The notes under the pieces: generated by a model | What the model saw: only the letters and a program-made list of their open reading frames with translations | Databases searched by the model: none | What the model was told of the DNA's origin: nothing | Program-made: the position numbers and the translations under genes | NCBI RefSeq assembly: GCF_964204645.1 | Contig: NC_134025.1 | Span: forward strand, 19,877,101-19,941,100 | Direction of reading: 5' to 3' | DNA: 64,000 nucleotides | Source: Tubulanus polymorphus | Lineage: Eukaryota > Animalia > Nemertea | In this document: positions 1-15,200 of the stretch, piece after piece | Position numbering within the stretch: the first letter of the stretch is position 1 | How the letters are laid out: each line of letters opens with the position of its first letter

Positions 1-1923
1 ATCAGAAAGATGGACAAGAGTAGCATAAGAAGACAGTTTGAGAAGACAATATTATTTCATTTCAACGTTTCGAAAAACATAAAATTGCGCATGTTGTTTG
101 ATATGAATTCATTGCACCGGTATATTATTTGATAATCATCAGCTGTAATTACGTAAACCTGATTTGAACAGTATCATCAATCTTACCTAATGAAAATACA
201 ATAAACAACTAATCCTATATACTTTCATATACAACCAAGACTATTGCCGTGCGATGGCAGATTAGGGCAAATGCAATGCAAGAGATATACCGATAAATTC
301 CATTGCGTTAATTCGATCATTCAAACTGTAGGTTGCCAGAAATAAATTGATTACTTATAGCGTCAAATTAAATGCCATATACAATGGTATACATACACAT
401 GGCCAATGTTATACATGCATACACATGCCTATCCTCAAAACAACCTGTAATCAATCAACAATTCTCAAATCCACCCTGATAATAATACATCGGCTCAGGG
501 AGCTGTTCTCTCACCTCCCAATCAGATCATAATGATGATAATATTAATAAACATAATTTATTTTCTTATATAGCGAACTCTTATCAGCACGTGAACAATT
601 AACACGAGCTGTCAAAATAGTATTTCAAAACAGGTGGAGAATAAATATGAAGTTAGAATTTACTGATGACTATATGATTAGTTACGGCAATAAATTTCCC
701 TTAAAACGTAAGTTTTCGAATTCTTCTTTGAACATTGAAATGGACTTTGCCTGATAGTTAAGGGCAATTGGTTGGTTTCATGAGAATTTAAATGTAAATT
801 TGAACACCCTGTAATCTTTCCCTAATTAGTCTGTTCCTATTTGGCCCATACCTGGAATGGACCCATTTAGAACAGACCGACCAAATCAATGGTGCGCATT
901 CACACACATTTTCAAATCAGCTGTTATTACTGGTCCCCCTAGATGCGATACTGTGTCACACTGAGAAATGGTCCGTACTAAAGTTCAAATTTTCTAAAAA
1001 GCAACAGCCTTTTCCTGTGTGAAAAAGGATGGTCCCTTCTAAAATGGAATTGACTACATATGGTGTGACTGCGGCTAATGAAAATTGTAATCAAGTATAA
1101 ACAACTTTTACATTGTAATGGAGTATTTCAATGATTAAGCAATGCTAATATCACTTAAGATATGGGCAGACTCATTGCAAATTTTTCTTTTGAATTTCTA
1201 ACCCAATCATACGCTGGTATTTGTATTCCTTGATCATAAAGCATGTAGAAAAATGAAAAATAGTATGTAGAAAAATGAAAAATTCTTATTTGTCATGAAA
1301 AGGAAAAATATTCTTTTTTCCAAGTGAATTTCTACTCGAAACCAGTGGAGGCATCTATCATGAAGCTTAAACATTAAAACATAAACCGGAGGTTACCGTC
1401 TATATGGTTATAGTCTCAAGACTATTAATTTAACACTACCGCATTCGCAACCATTTGATTGCCTCAAGACTAAATAGGTTTCACGTTTTATATTCCTGAG
1501 ACTTAACTAGACTCTACGTAGATGCTAGACTTAATGTTGGCAAGGCTAAAAAAGTGCACCAAGCCGGCCAGGTGATTAAGTTTATGTCCTTATGGAAAGA
1601 AGATATGTTGGTGTTGCATGCAACTCTTTAGCAGTGTTAGTTACAAGATGAACATCGTGATCTTCACCTGAACGAATAGAAAAGTGGATATTGTTCATCT
1701 AGAGAGCAAAAACAAAACAAACACTACCCAAATTACACAACAGTCCATGGCTACGTTTACATGTCATCAGTTTTGTGTATACACTACAATACAGGATGTA
1801 GCTCTATTGCCCAAATAGGGGATATGGCTAATTGTATTTCTTTGGTAACCACAGGAATTGGTAAAAATAAATATTCTTATTTTCATTACCAGCAGATGAT
1901 GAACCTAGTTCTGTCTATAAACA

Positions 1924-2244
1924 TAATAATAATATAATATGTGTCTTATATAGCGCTAAATCCAGCCAGGCTGCTCAGAGCGCTTTACATTTTTCGATAT
2001 TATTACCCCGGCCAATTTTATACTCTAACATGTATCAGTCATCTCTCCCTGGGGTGAAGTAACACCGAGATGCTAACAAACGCTCAGGAGTCATCTATCA
2101 GGCCAGGTACCCATTTACTCCTGGGTGGAGAGAGGCAATGAGGATAAGTGTCTTGCCCGAGGACACTACGGCAATGTACGGGGTTCGAACCCACAACCTG
2201 GCTTCCCAGAGTCGAACGCACTAACCGCTCAGCCACACCGCTCC
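1924..2244 (-). mobile_element. tRNA-derived SINE with L2-like tail
   Basis: Minus strand: A box TGGCTGAGCGG, B box GGTTCGAACCC, core GTGTCCTCGGGCAAGACACTT..CCACCCAGG..AAATGGGTACC, tail AAGCGCTCTGAG..AGCGCTATATAAG..(ATT)n. Confidence 0.85.
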
Positions 2245-4958
2245 ACATTCTGTACATTTGTGGCCATATTTAGCTTGAAAAAATGTTAACGTCGCAATGT
2301 AAGCTTCACTGGTAGCTGCCATTTTTAATGTCAGGTCCGACGGGGTGAGCACCCTGAAAATGACTAGGATTGGGAACTAACTTATTCCACTACATAGTGA
2401 CTGGCAGTATATGGCACAAGATAACCCTTGAATGAACGATGTTGTTAAGGGGCACTCAGGTCGCCCTACAACAGGCGACTATTACTAGTGACTGATTTGA
2501 GCAACTAGCAGTGACCATCACTGACCGATCTGTTACCAGTTGCAGCAACCTGAGCTAGCATGTGAACAACAACCATCAGCAACACAAAAATCTCCAGTGT
2601 CTGAGCAACCCCATCACTAGATGCGTGGCATTTCTATCGACCCAAGAGTGCTACAACTGATCACAGCCAAATAGCAGCGGTTTTACGATCGCGTGAGTGG
2701 TAAATGGCTGTATAGGTTCGAATCCTGTTCAAATTGCGTTGATTTTGAATACTGATTGTCTACGTATTATTCTAAATACAATCGAATTTCAATAGGTTTT
2801 ATTGCAATATTTGTTACTTAAATGAAAGCAAGTTGAATATTTCTTCTGGGTAGGACACTGAACGCGATGATTAGAAGTCGTCGTAGGTTTTTATCTATTC
2901 ATTTGTTGAGATTTTTTTTTAAATATAATGTAGCCGTTAATCATTCAAATGATCAATGACAATATTATATTATCAGAAAAATCTTTTTGAGAATGTCAGG
3001 CTAAAATGTTTCATCGTCCTGAGTAAAGCTCAACCCCCGGGGGCCAGTTGCACAGTCGTGACATAAGTCCAGAAGTTGTCTTAAATCTTTAAGACTGGTC
3101 TTAAGTTGTTGGATTGGCTATAGAACTAAGCTGGTCTTAGACTGACTAAAATCCTAATAGGCCTATATTCAAATCCGATTAATCAAATATGATTATTAAT
3201 CAATGAGTTATTTCATTGAAAAAAAAACTTAAGACCCAGAAATGATTTCTTTATAAAATCATAAAAAACGCGCTTATCAACTATTAAATATTTTTATCTC
3301 AGTTGTATACATACTTTATTTTCTAATTGATACAAACTAAACACTGATTGAATTGCTTATGACACGAGTTGTCTCCTTCCTTTGATTTCACTAGGCCATT
3401 TTGATCGGTTACATGAATGTCTACAGACAGTTTAGTTACTAGTGATTGTAGCCGACATACAGCAGGGAAGCAACTGGTAGATCATATCCTGCTAGTTGGG
3501 ATCAGTTGCTGGAAGTCAAGCGCAGCCGACATAGCTGGGCTACAGTCGCATTTCTTCTCAGTTGCATTGGTATCTATCCCGCCATAGCCCAAGATTAGCT
3601 AGGCTTCAGAATCCGCAATTAAGTACAATACAGGGTTATATACCAGTAGAGATAACTTATGTGACAATATGCTAAACCTATGTTTGTAGAAGTTTTAAAA
3701 TAGACTACATTTACAGAAGCAACCACGGATCCAGAAGAAAATATAGAATTGTGATCAATTGTACCTTTGACACAATGCATGACCAGAATAAAACAACAAC
3801 ATCTTCATAATCACTGCAGCTTGGAGGCCGGCTACAAATTAGCTAAAAAGCATTGACAAGTGTTTGTTCTTATTCGCTGATGGTGGGGAAAGTCTGGCGA
3901 TTTCGAAGGCAAATCAATTCAAGACACTCATGTTCAGGATTTTTTCAGACAGCGGGAAAATAATGGATGAATAATGGTAAAACAGGGGTCAATAAACTGA
4001 ACTGTCAACTGCATTGATTAGTGAAGATGACGTCAAAATATTTCAAGATAGAAACTGGCGTCATCATCGTTTTTCCATTGATTAATTATAGAAAGTGCTA
4101 TTTCGTGTCGATCCAATATCTGACTACGCAGGTTATAATTAGTCCTGGCATGTTCCATTCAATTACAATTGACTAGTGCACTTTCCTACATGTACAGATG
4201 CAAAGTGGCCAAATACAGAACAGAGGGGGATATATTGTCACTGTCTATGAATCAATGACCTGAATGAAACAGTCTGCTTCGTGTTCCCCTACTTATTCCA
4301 GTTGTTGACACGCTCATGACAGGTAGCCCAATCTGTCAGAGTAAGATTTTCACATTTCATCCCAAATTTTCTAATAGGGCCTACCCAGTATGACATCTAA
4401 AGAAATACAAACTACTCATACCTTAGAGAGATAAAAATGCATTGATTACCACCTTCAGACTAACTTAACAAAAGAAAACGAAAATGATACCAGCATGCTC
4501 AATCACTTTTCAAATGAAATGCCAACACTTACCATCACATATCATATAAAACTGCTTCAAAATACAGATGGAAATGTAGTTTGATAAATACAGTAAACAT
4601 TGTCTAATCTATACTCTACCCTGGTAACCCAGCATCAACTCTTTTATGTGAAATTAGCCTTCCGCTTTTCTATACTCCCTCGAGTACTTAAAGCTAATTA
4701 GCCAACAAGAGATTTTGTGATCAGGAGGAACTGCGCTGCATATATTGTTAGTGGCAACATAGTTCGAAATTTCATAAATGAGAAAATAGCATTGCGGGGA
4801 AGGAAGCAATAAAGTGAGAACGGGTGGTGGTAATTTCGTCAGAAACTATTTCCTTATATCTCATATCGGTTCTTGTTCGGGGAGTACCCTTTCGAACGGA
4901 TAAATCAGGACGAAATTCATTTAGTGGTGCCGATATCAAATGATAAATGACAACATAC

Positions 4959-5161
4959 CTCTACTTCAGTGACGTTGATACATGGTAGTGATATGTTGCT
5001 AGCATCACTCGGCTGTTTACTGTGATGATCTGTCTGTTGGGGAACCACTGTGGACCCGCTACCAGATTCAATGTGCAGTCCCGGAGTTAAGACATTCGAA
5101 CCGGAATCCTGGTGAGAACTGGATAATGTGGAGCTGTATCCTGATTCAGGGTGTGATATCT
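4959..5161 (-). CDS. Slp-like gene, Ser-rich exon (gene continues left of window)
   Basis: Acceptor ttgtttcag, open frame EISHPESGYSSTLSSS..LPCINVTEVE, donor GAG|gtatgt; phase 1-0. C2-domain exons were not seen in the window. Confidence 0.7.
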
Positions 5162-7681
5162 CTGAAACAAAAGTATATGCAATCGATGAATAAACAATAG
5201 GTTTAAGTTTATTCTAAATTGATACTACAATTTACATAATCCATCACAGAAAATTCATGAATGTCGCATTTAAGGGTTCAAAAAAAAGAATGAAATGGAT
5301 ATATCTGGTTCATTAGAAGCATTTAATACTGAAGTAGAGTAAGCCATAAATGAACGCTGCACTGCTCATAATTTGATAGTAGCTGTTCATCATCATGTAA
5401 TTTTGCACATGAAACCGATGTTCAGTCCATATGGATGTGCTCGAACGCTTTTAGTGACTGACCCATGGGAGAAATTTACCTCTATACCAAACCATCAGAA
5501 TCTATCTTGAACACAATACATCTTTATAGCATATACTCGAGGTATTACTGACATTGTGCAGACACTCAAAAACAACTAATACTGTCCCACTCACAGTAGA
5601 AGCAGACATATCAATTACAAAGAAATATCGATCTAATAGATGATTGTAAGGGTGTCACGTGCTCATAAATTTCAACATGTAACCGAATTCCACACCTGAA
5701 CTATAAACAATGAATGTAAAAGATAAACAAGGGAATTATAATTATATGCGTACGTTCAGAAGATTTATGAATATAAGAGAATCATTCCATGTAATATGTA
5801 TGTAATTAATGTGCTTTAATCCATAGAGAAATAAACACATCTATCTGGTGATATACTCATGCATAATAATAAGAAGACACCTGTGCTTGAGAGTGGAATT
5901 CACAAAAACATTCCCCAGTTCATTAATGTAGAGCTGATAACAGTTGTTGTAATGAAGTCTTACAACGCAATTTAATATCATGAATAATATCAGCCATGAA
6001 AAATATGGTATCATTTATGACCACGGCATAGTTACCATCCCAACCATCGACATTCCCTCAAACATCTTCACAGAATTCCACTCTTACTGTATAATACCTA
6101 ATACAGACAATGGACCCTCAAAAAAAAAAGAAACAGAACATTTTGACAAACTGTCGGCAAATCAAACTTGATGCATGGAAAATTTTGCTACCCAAACATT
6201 GATTTGATCTAAGAACGTAGTGCAACACCAATCGACACTCAAATACAAATCACATCATACTCAAGTACAATTGCAGATAATATTCACGACAAAGTTTTAA
6301 CGGTATCAGGTAAAAATCCCCCCAATCTTGATTTGACACAAAAATTGAATAAATACTTCAATCTTCTTATATTGAAAAACTTTTAATAGTTTTCGAAATT
6401 TCAGATTTTCGGTGTTTTTAACAATATTCACCTTGGACAATCTGTGACGTTTAAGCAAGCTACGTGCATAAAAATGAAATTATTTTTTTACTTTTAGCTA
6501 GCAACATGCATAAAAATTATATTATCGTAGCTTTGAAAATTTCTATGACGAAATGTAGTGTAAAAGTAATGGTAAAATAACTATTTTCATTTAGGTTTTA
6601 TACTTAAGTTTGATTGAAAACTGAATTTGGGGGGATTTTTACCTCGGAGGGGGGATTTTTACCATGTTGGATTATTACCTATATTCAGCTTAAACCAGGG
6701 GTCCAGGGACACCATGGCCACTAGGTCAATAGCTTGACAAACGTTTCTGAACTATACACAGCCGATACACATGCATATAAACAGCCGCCGATTTCATCAT
6801 TATAATAGTTCTCTTACCCCAATTTCATATATATAGGAAATGTTTTTTATGACGATGTTGACAATTATTAAATATCAACACTATACAATGTAATAAAACC
6901 AGTCGATATTTTCTTCATGTACATACCAAATATCAAGACAATCCATTGAAACGTCAATAAAACTTCACAAAATAACAGAAGGCTGAAAAGTGAATGCGAT
7001 AGCGCGTTAGGGCTTAATGGGCTAAAAAAAATTTGTTTCTCAATGGTTTTTTTTAAATAAAAATGCTGTCCAATTGTCTTTATCAGGCATAGAGATAAGA
7101 TAACATAAAAAGAGAAAGAATCTTAAGCCAGTAAGAAGTGCTGTTAAAACCTTGGTGGGTGTATCACTCAATTACTAAGTGCATGAGACCAAAAAGCAAC
7201 AATTGAGTAAGCACAGTAGATAAGCAAGGCATTACTCAGAATAAGATATATCATTAACTGTACCCCGATTGTCTATTCAGTCATTTTAAGATGGATTTCA
7301 CATAAGCATTATGACCTTGTTTTAATCATGTGAGTCACTTTTGTGAAAAATGATTTCAAAATCAGACATATCACCTACAATACCCCAGATCAACATTACT
7401 CTATTTCGATAAATTTTCAGGTAAACATTGCAAAGCTTATAGGCCTATTATTGGCTGCTTTTGCAAAAAATGATGGTAATGCCATATGACCATACTGAGT
7501 ATAGTGATTTGACTGAATTAAATAACGCCTCATTGGAAATCTTACATACAGAGAAGAGGAAAAGCTTTTGAGTTGACTCTGTGCTTACGTCAGACGCAGC
7601 TCATCAGTGAATAGATAATTTATGCAAAAGTTGATTAATATCATATTGTGGAAGCTACAGAATCAAGTGCATTGGCATCAC

Positions 7682-7837
7682 CTGAATGATCGTTATCGGA
7701 CATATCACTGCTATTTATTCGGACTTCAAATCCTTCCCCCGACATCGTGTTTACCGAAAGATAACCTACATCCGGTTTGGCACTGCAGTAGTTACCTCTA
7801 GATGAATGTCGTGACATAGTTGGACCAGGCAATTGTT
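7682..7837 (-). CDS. Slp-like gene, probable linker exon
   Basis: Acceptor gttttag, frame EQLPGPTMSRHSS.. (ORF 7641..7862), donor G|gtgatg; 156 bp, phase 1-1. Confidence 0.55.
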
Positions 7838-8154
7838 CTAAAACTAGGCAAGAAGCAGACAAGCACCATTAAACTCATAACCAGGCCTACCTACGATAAA
7901 CAAACATACTACACTCATACTGCCATGAAGCGCAAATATGGCTTCTACAATAATGGCCTTTAGTCTACCTTCATTACTTAATTCTGGTAATCTCAAATTT
8001 AATTTAAGACGGATGATTTTGTTGATAAAAATTGTGACGATGAGCATTCTGAAGTAATTCATAAAATCTTATATTTTTGCATAATCATGAATTTATGAAT
8101 ATGCTATATATCTATCAACAGTCATTAACACATTCATTCTATTTTTCAACTTAA

Positions 8155-8418
8155 CCCTTTCAGTGCGGTGTATAAATCAGTGATAGATTTTGCTAGTACA
8201 CCGCACTGCAGTGTATTGATGTAATTAGCAATTATCTCTCTTAAAAATGGCAGCACCTGTCAAACATAGTGAAATACTAGTAACTAATGATATACCGCGC
8301 CGCGGTGTAGACGCACTATAGTGGTATTCCCGTTATTCAACACACTAGGGTGGAATTTTCAAAAATTTTCAAATTATCTCCAGCACTACAGGGTATTAAT
8401 TAGTCAGCACTGGAAGGG
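8155..8418 (+). mobile_element. piggyBac-like MITE
   Basis: TTAA TSD, CCCTTTCAGTGC / GCACTGGAAGGG ends; three copies in window. Confidence 0.85.
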
Positions 8419-9183
8419 TTAAGAATCTATAATTGAATTATTTTTTCTCAGTTCCCATATAGAAATTTCCCTTCCATAGGATTTTGGGTACCAAATTAAA
8501 TTTTCAAAACTTTATCGTATCTTTTCGCATAAATGTCAATTTGGTATTTTATATTTAAGAAAAAGACCATCATTAGATTGGTTCTGTGATGTTACTGTTC
8601 TAACATTTCTGCCATTTACGGTTAGGGAAATATAATACTTCATAAAAAGAGTACCAACGATTTAACAGAAAAACGATACAAATGCTATATAAATGGGGTA
8701 CGTTGTACCAAGAATCAACTGTTTACGATAATGAGGAATTATCGTCACATCTACGACCTTAGAGAGCAGAAATTTAAAAAGTCAACAATGAGAAATGATT
8801 GTTTTTTTCTGTTAGTCATAGTTTCCCTAGTAGCACTGATTTCCCTCATGATCAAGCTGACATATAATCCTTGATGGTGATAATTTGGTGATTAAATGCC
8901 AATAGGCTGTTATATACCGCTAGCATTAAAATGTATTTCTTAATTAAAGCTTAATTTCAGTATCGTTGTTAGACAGCATCATAACATAGATTTCAAAGAC
9001 ATTGATTTCTTTTCACACACCAATCATTCAGCAACATTTATTTAGACAGAAGCTGTTAACACTGCAGTTGCTTATCAAATTCATCAATCAGGGTAATGGC
9101 AAAGCTTGATCACTTGTTGTTGTTAACAATTAACAAAAAATTTTTCAAGCTAGTCGTGGTGTCAGATCTAGTCCGAGCCTTAC

Positions 9184-9456
9184 CATTTGATAATGCTTTG
9201 GAATCATTTTCGCTTTCTGATTCAGATATATCGGGCATTTCTGGGTCTCTATCCTCCACCTGGACATATTCTCTTAACATTTGTCTATTGGCTAGAAAAT
9301 CAGTCTTGTCATTCGATAGCACATTATGGTCTTTGAGTTCGCAATTAGCATTGTCGTCAAGATTGTTACTCTTATCGCATGCGTCATTAGCTACCCCAAC
9401 CCCACTAACAGTGCCCAGCTTTTCACTAGCAGGTTCACTGCATACAGCATTGTCTC
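9184..9456 (-). CDS. Slp-like gene, acidic linker exon
   Basis: Acceptor ttcttcag, open frame continuous with ORF 9110..9322, donor G|gtaagg; 273 bp, phase 1-1. Confidence 0.7.
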
Positions 9457-10787
9457 CTGAAGAAAAAATTTGAAAATCAAAGATATGAAAACTACATAAG
9501 ACATAAAATTAAGAAGTCACCACTAAACCTTTGAAGATTCATAGAAAACATTTATATATCAAAGGTATTACAGTAAACCATGTAAGTGAGCTGCTCAAGA
9601 AAAAGTCGGATGTCTTTGAACTGGCTGATTTTCTATGAATTAGAAAAACCCCAACTGTCATAAAAATTGAATTCTCAAGGTTTTTTGAATGAAACCACCA
9701 CATCAAAATGACAAAGGTTAATCTTAGTACTACAACCACAGCAGAGACGAGGCCGACATATCCCAACATGAACATTTGGTTCAACAACAGGAATATCATA
9801 GCGTGTTTAAGGCTCTGTGTCAGACTTACAGTGAGTGGTTTGATTACATTTTTAATCCGACCTTAAACAATACAACTTAGACTAGTTTCTGAGTTACAAT
9901 ATCTGAACAGGACACGATTTCCGTCGACTTAAAACATTATCAGACTTCTGCATGGTTTACTGTATCAACCAATCAAATAAAAATCACCTAAGATTATAAT
10001 TTATACATGTGCGTTATCTTACAACATGAGAACGATTCATGATCATTTGATTTAACTGATATTCTATAGTCTCTTATCATGTGGCGTCAGTCAGGCAAAA
10101 TGAAGTGGTAATGGGATACGGGATTCATGACGAAATATAAGACCTGAGTCTTTTCTGACATGTTACAAATTGAAAGGAAAAGCTGCATTTGACAGTGCAG
10201 TTATATGAAGGACATGACAATTATGACTTCAAAGAGACAAGTTAAAGTGCATTCTCTAAAACCATTGGCTAAAAAGCTCAAATCAAATCCACTTCAGCAG
10301 TTGTTATGATAGTTTTCAGAATGTGATGGGATACTCTAATTGAGTCATGAAATCAGTAACAGATGTGTAAATTACAAGAAGACCACAAAGATTAATCAAT
10401 ACATCAATATATAGATTTGATTGATTCATGGTATACACAGCTCAAGTAATTTCCGCCTCAGCTAAGCTACTTATAGCACCACGCCCTACATCAAAAAAAA
10501 ATATTATTACTAGAGTTTTGCACAATGAAGGTGCGAGCTAAAAAGTGAGTGGGCAAATGATTAGACCAGGTCTATACCATGTGAAATAACAACAGTCTAC
10601 AAGCTCTATACCATGTGAAATAACAACAGTCTACAAGCAAAACATGCTAGAAACACATTTATAAATACACGTGCAACATAGTTGGAAATTGGAGGATAGA
10701 ATGAAATGATCAATACGAAATGACAACATCCACCACCATAGATGGCATTTCAAAAAAAACGAAATGCAGAGCACACTTGTGTCTTAC

Positions 10788-11327
10788 CACTTGAAGATCG
10801 GTTATGATGCCTAGTAGGTGATGGAGAGGGGCTCCTTGCACGTGACTTCGCCTTTATTGAAACTCTATGAAATTTAACTTTAGACAATTGTTCTACAACA
10901 TAATCCTCATCTTCTGCTGCAGAAGGTCTATCTATTTCAGATTGATTAACGTCAGCAGCTGTAGCAGCAGGTGGATTGGAATGTGATGAGCACCGAGATG
11001 GTGCTGGAGAAGGCGTCCTAAGGGGGGAATGGAGAGGTGATATAGGGGCAATGCTGTCTGAAGAGCTCGAGTCACTATCCGATCTCCGTCTTGAGCGCAC
11101 ACGCTGTATATAAACTGGTCCGTTATTTTTTATTTCATGCGGCGGTGAAGGCTTTTTTCGAAAGTTCATGAGATCAAGTAACTTACGCTGGTCTGATTCC
11201 GATGGGAAGCTCACATTGCTATTGGCACTTTGTGACGGCGCTTCTTGTCCATCCCATGAGGCCCGAGAGGCAATCGGTGATGGTTCCTGAGATATTCCAC
11301 CCAGCACATTGACATCAGATTTCTCAT
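10788..11327 (-). CDS. Slp-like gene, Ser/Pro-rich linker exon
   Basis: ORF track 10750..11307; acceptor ttttctag, donor G|gtaaga; 540 bp, phase 1-1. Confidence 0.82.
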
Positions 11328-12018
11328 CTAGAAAATAAAGAATAAATTATATTGATTATATTCTAATTCAATTGAAATGGAAAAGGTGTCTAACCTTTGA
11401 TATAAGAATGATGTACAAAAATACTAACGTAAAATGCAAATAACATGAATCATTAGTATGCTCTCAAAATGCACAGCGCCAAAGGACATCACATTGTCTT
11501 AAGAACAATCTCACCGATCATGAATAAATCCCCAAAACACAACAAAAACTGATATCTGTATTGACAGGACAGGATGTCTTAAGCCTTATTGACATTTCAT
11601 TTCATGTTCTCAATCGGTTCTTTCAAAGTTTTAAAGGTCAATACAGGAAGAAAAATTTAGAGAAATGGAAGATTTAATTGATGATGACATTTGTGGCGTA
11701 CAACAAATTCTAAAGGAGACCGACTATTGCTAGAAGCTATGCGCAGCAAAACATCACCATCTACATGCATGATCCCTAAGAAACCAAGAATGAGAAGCGG
11801 ATATATAAACGAACTGTTTGATATCTTAAGTAGGAAAAGGCAGATTTAAATTCACAGATTCCAGGAACACATTATTATTCGAAAATGGAATTATTAAATT
11901 CGTGGAATCAGTTGTAAAGCTGAAAAAAGAAATACAGTTATGATTGGGCCAGGATAAAGACAAAGCAATAAGTAACCTGGCAGACTAGGTTGAGGCAAAT
12001 GTATGATTCATCAGTGGA

Positions 12019-12237
12019 ACACTGACCGAGGCTACAATATTGTAACCTAGGTCGGTTGAATTGCGCGGATTTATCTGCATACACTGACCGAGGCTACAAT
12101 ATTGTAACCCGGTTGAATTGCGCGGATTTATCTGCATACACTGACCGAGGCTACAATATTGTAACCTAGGTCGGTTGACTTGCGCAGATTTATTTGCATA
12201 CACTGACCGAGGCTACAATATTGTGACCTTGGTCGGT
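12019..12237. repeat. 62-bp minisatellite, about 3.5 copies, with palindromic core
   Basis: Unit ACACTGACCGAGGCTACAATATTGTAACCTAGGTCGGTTGAATTGCGCGGATTTATCTGCAT. Confidence 0.92.
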
Positions 12238-15200
12238 TTACTACATTATATTTGCAGAATTCACTAAGCCAAGACCAAGATCAGTCAGTTAACTTGATCA
12301 GTTTTTGTATTTATTGCTGCTCCGATATCAGTCGGTTGATTTGTAGTTTTGACAAACGAGGAATCCTAAAGTGTTTCAGTCAAACGTCTCCTATCATTGA
12401 GGAATGACATGAACAGTTAGGAATGTACATCATACACATTGAAAATTAAGGGTTTAAAAGAAGTTTAAGTACGAGCCTTATACTTATATTGCGCAATTGC
12501 AATGATAGATAAAAAACGTTTCTAGAATCGGGTGACAATTTATATAAAATTGGAGTCAGATGTGCATTGTTTTGGGGGTGTTCGAACTTCGCTGAATCAC
12601 TGAATCGTTGATTTTTATATAAATTTCGCTGATTTGAATTTACGCTGAATCCATGCACATTTTACATATTCTAAAGAAAATGTTTCATTTGACCGATTCA
12701 TTGATAAATTTCGTTAGATTGTAAGTTGAGGCAACAATTGAAATGAAATCATTTGACTGCTGGATGTGATCACAAATAACAAATAAACTGACGCCAAAAT
12801 AGTCTACCTTTCAGAAAGAGTCTACTGCTGAAAAGTGACTGTTGTAAAACATGTGATGTGCCAGTGTGCTAGCATTTTGATAGTGAACACTGGCAGTAGA
12901 GGTGACTGTAACCAACCGATTGCAAACAGCGACTTAGTGATAGTAACTCCTACCACAATAGCTACTCTCAAAACACATCGTTTCTAAAAGTCAACCAGTG
13001 AAAAGTGACCATTTTGAGATGGCACGGTAATTTCCTGTTCAAAATAGCCACATCTGTTTAAGATTTGCAGTAATACGTGACAGGGTCAAAGGTACTGTTA
13101 AACCTCATGCTTTGTATACAGAACTCTGTATGCAGTTCTGTCAATAGAAATCCTAGTTTCTGAGTTGCTAAGAAAACCCCCTAAATTATATCACGCTCAA
13201 CAAAATGGAAATAACCAATAGGAAAACTATTGATTTATATAACATCATTATGGATTAAATCCGTTAAAACTAGTGTTGTGCCAGATCTAATTTAGAATTT
13301 TATGATTTTTGTTTTATATTTGCGATTATAAAACATGCTGGTGCATTCATACTGTCATAAATCTTTGATTCTGTAGAAATGAATTTGCCTTTTAGGCTTC
13401 ATTTGTCTTCAAGGATATATGAGAGACGAAAATACAAATAAAATCATATGTTCATGAAATGGATTATGTCTTTACATTTCATTACCTGGATGAAAGACTC
13501 CAAAAAATTTTCCCAAAAAAATGTATCTAAAATACTTAGAATTAACCTACAATTATTGTTTGTTTATATACCCGAACTGTTTGATATCTTAAGTAGGAAA
13601 AGGCAGATTTAAATTCACAGATTCCAGGGGAGAACCTACAATTTTTGAAATTGTTGTCCCATGAAATAAGGAAGATATTATCAAGAGGCACAAGCGATGG
13701 AAGGCATTTTGGAGACCACAAGAGGGTCTGTCTCTCTTGTAAGGAACTTGTCAGACATTTTACATTTAATACGTCTAAAAAGATATTCTGGGCAACATGG
13801 GGACCTCCATTAAGTGACCATTTTTCATATTAGAGCCAAGAGAAAAAAAAAAAAAAATTTCTAAACTTTCAACTTCTATATCAAATTCATAGGGTGCTTT
13901 GACATTTAGTGAGAGGAACCTGAACCCTAGATACCCGGATGTATAGGGCATGTTCGGATATTGAATCCAGTCAAAAAATAATCTTCAAACAAAACACACA
14001 GTTTCTGGATATATGTGACCTTAATAAACTCCATTAATTAAGACCGAAAAACCTGCATGAAGCAGATGCACAAGAAGTGACAGTTAAGTGAGAAATCTTG
14101 TATGATTTCCGTAATGGACTGTATTAGCAATTACCACAGGTAACTACAAAAATAGACAAAGCAGATGGGGGAAATAATCTGCCTAAATGAGAAGTGTCAC
14201 ATAAATCAGAATTTCACTGCCTTAGTGAAATGTCATAGTACGATAATACATGTCATGTGATTCATAGGCAATACATAGAATCAGTATACAATTTCAATCA
14301 AGCATCTTCTGAGCTATGTTGGAATCGGTGTTATTAACGGAAACTATTTCTGATGGATTCTGCCACTGAAACTCTGCCTCTTCTCCAATTGTTGTCTGTC
14401 AGCATGCAACAGACAAGATTTCATTCCTACCCCATGAAAAGCATGTCAACATGTTTTCTAGAGCCATTGAACCTGTTATTTTAACGCCCATGATGGATTA
14501 TGTAACAATTAATTCACTTCTACTGAATATGATTGGATAAGACACGCAGCTTCTTTACAGAAGCCCGGGTCTACAACCTGAACAAAATAAATTTTCTTTT
14601 CATAACAGTAGCTGCAGTTATCACGAGATGGGGCAAAAGAGTACCACCAAATGAGTCAGTATTTTCATACCAATAACAGGTTTAGTGAAATGCTTATAGT
14701 ACTGGTGTTCAAGTAAGAAGCATCAATGTTTAAACATTCATGTTGTAGGTAATGGCGCACACTGTATTCTAATCAAATTATGCCTGACAAATTCCCCAGC
14801 CAGTGATGAAGTTCATTAACCATCTTGGTCACACATCTAAACAATGGCTGCATAGATAAAAATAGGACCATGTCATTATCACTGAAGAGACAGACAGAAA
14901 TTCAAATGCTATTGATTTCTGCGATGATGGTCGAAATCACCACATCCTGCTTGTGATGATATCTACTACAAGCCCTTAAATATGAAAATGCTCATATGAA
15001 CCATGATATCAGTCATAGTTGATTAGTCAAATTGTCCTAATCTAACGAAATGAATGAGGACTGAAAACTATATCGAACCCGTGATTCAAAATATACTAGT
15101 CCTCACAGCTCATGCTTCAGTTAAAAGAAGCAAATGAAGCAAATTGTAATGCACTTATTAGATTACACTATACGTTACAGGACGCACTTCTGCTCATTTT

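Noticed and set aside
2165-2244. tRNA gene
   Set aside because: A/B boxes belong to a SINE head followed by SINE core and tail; no complete cloverleaf. The same applies to ~43755-43825.
3765-3831. Further Slp-like exon
   Set aside because: The open frame needs a phase-2 start while the previous exon ends in phase 0; no recognisable motif.
9096-9473. Plus-strand 125-aa ORF
   Set aside because: Antisense shadow of the minus-strand Slp-like exon.
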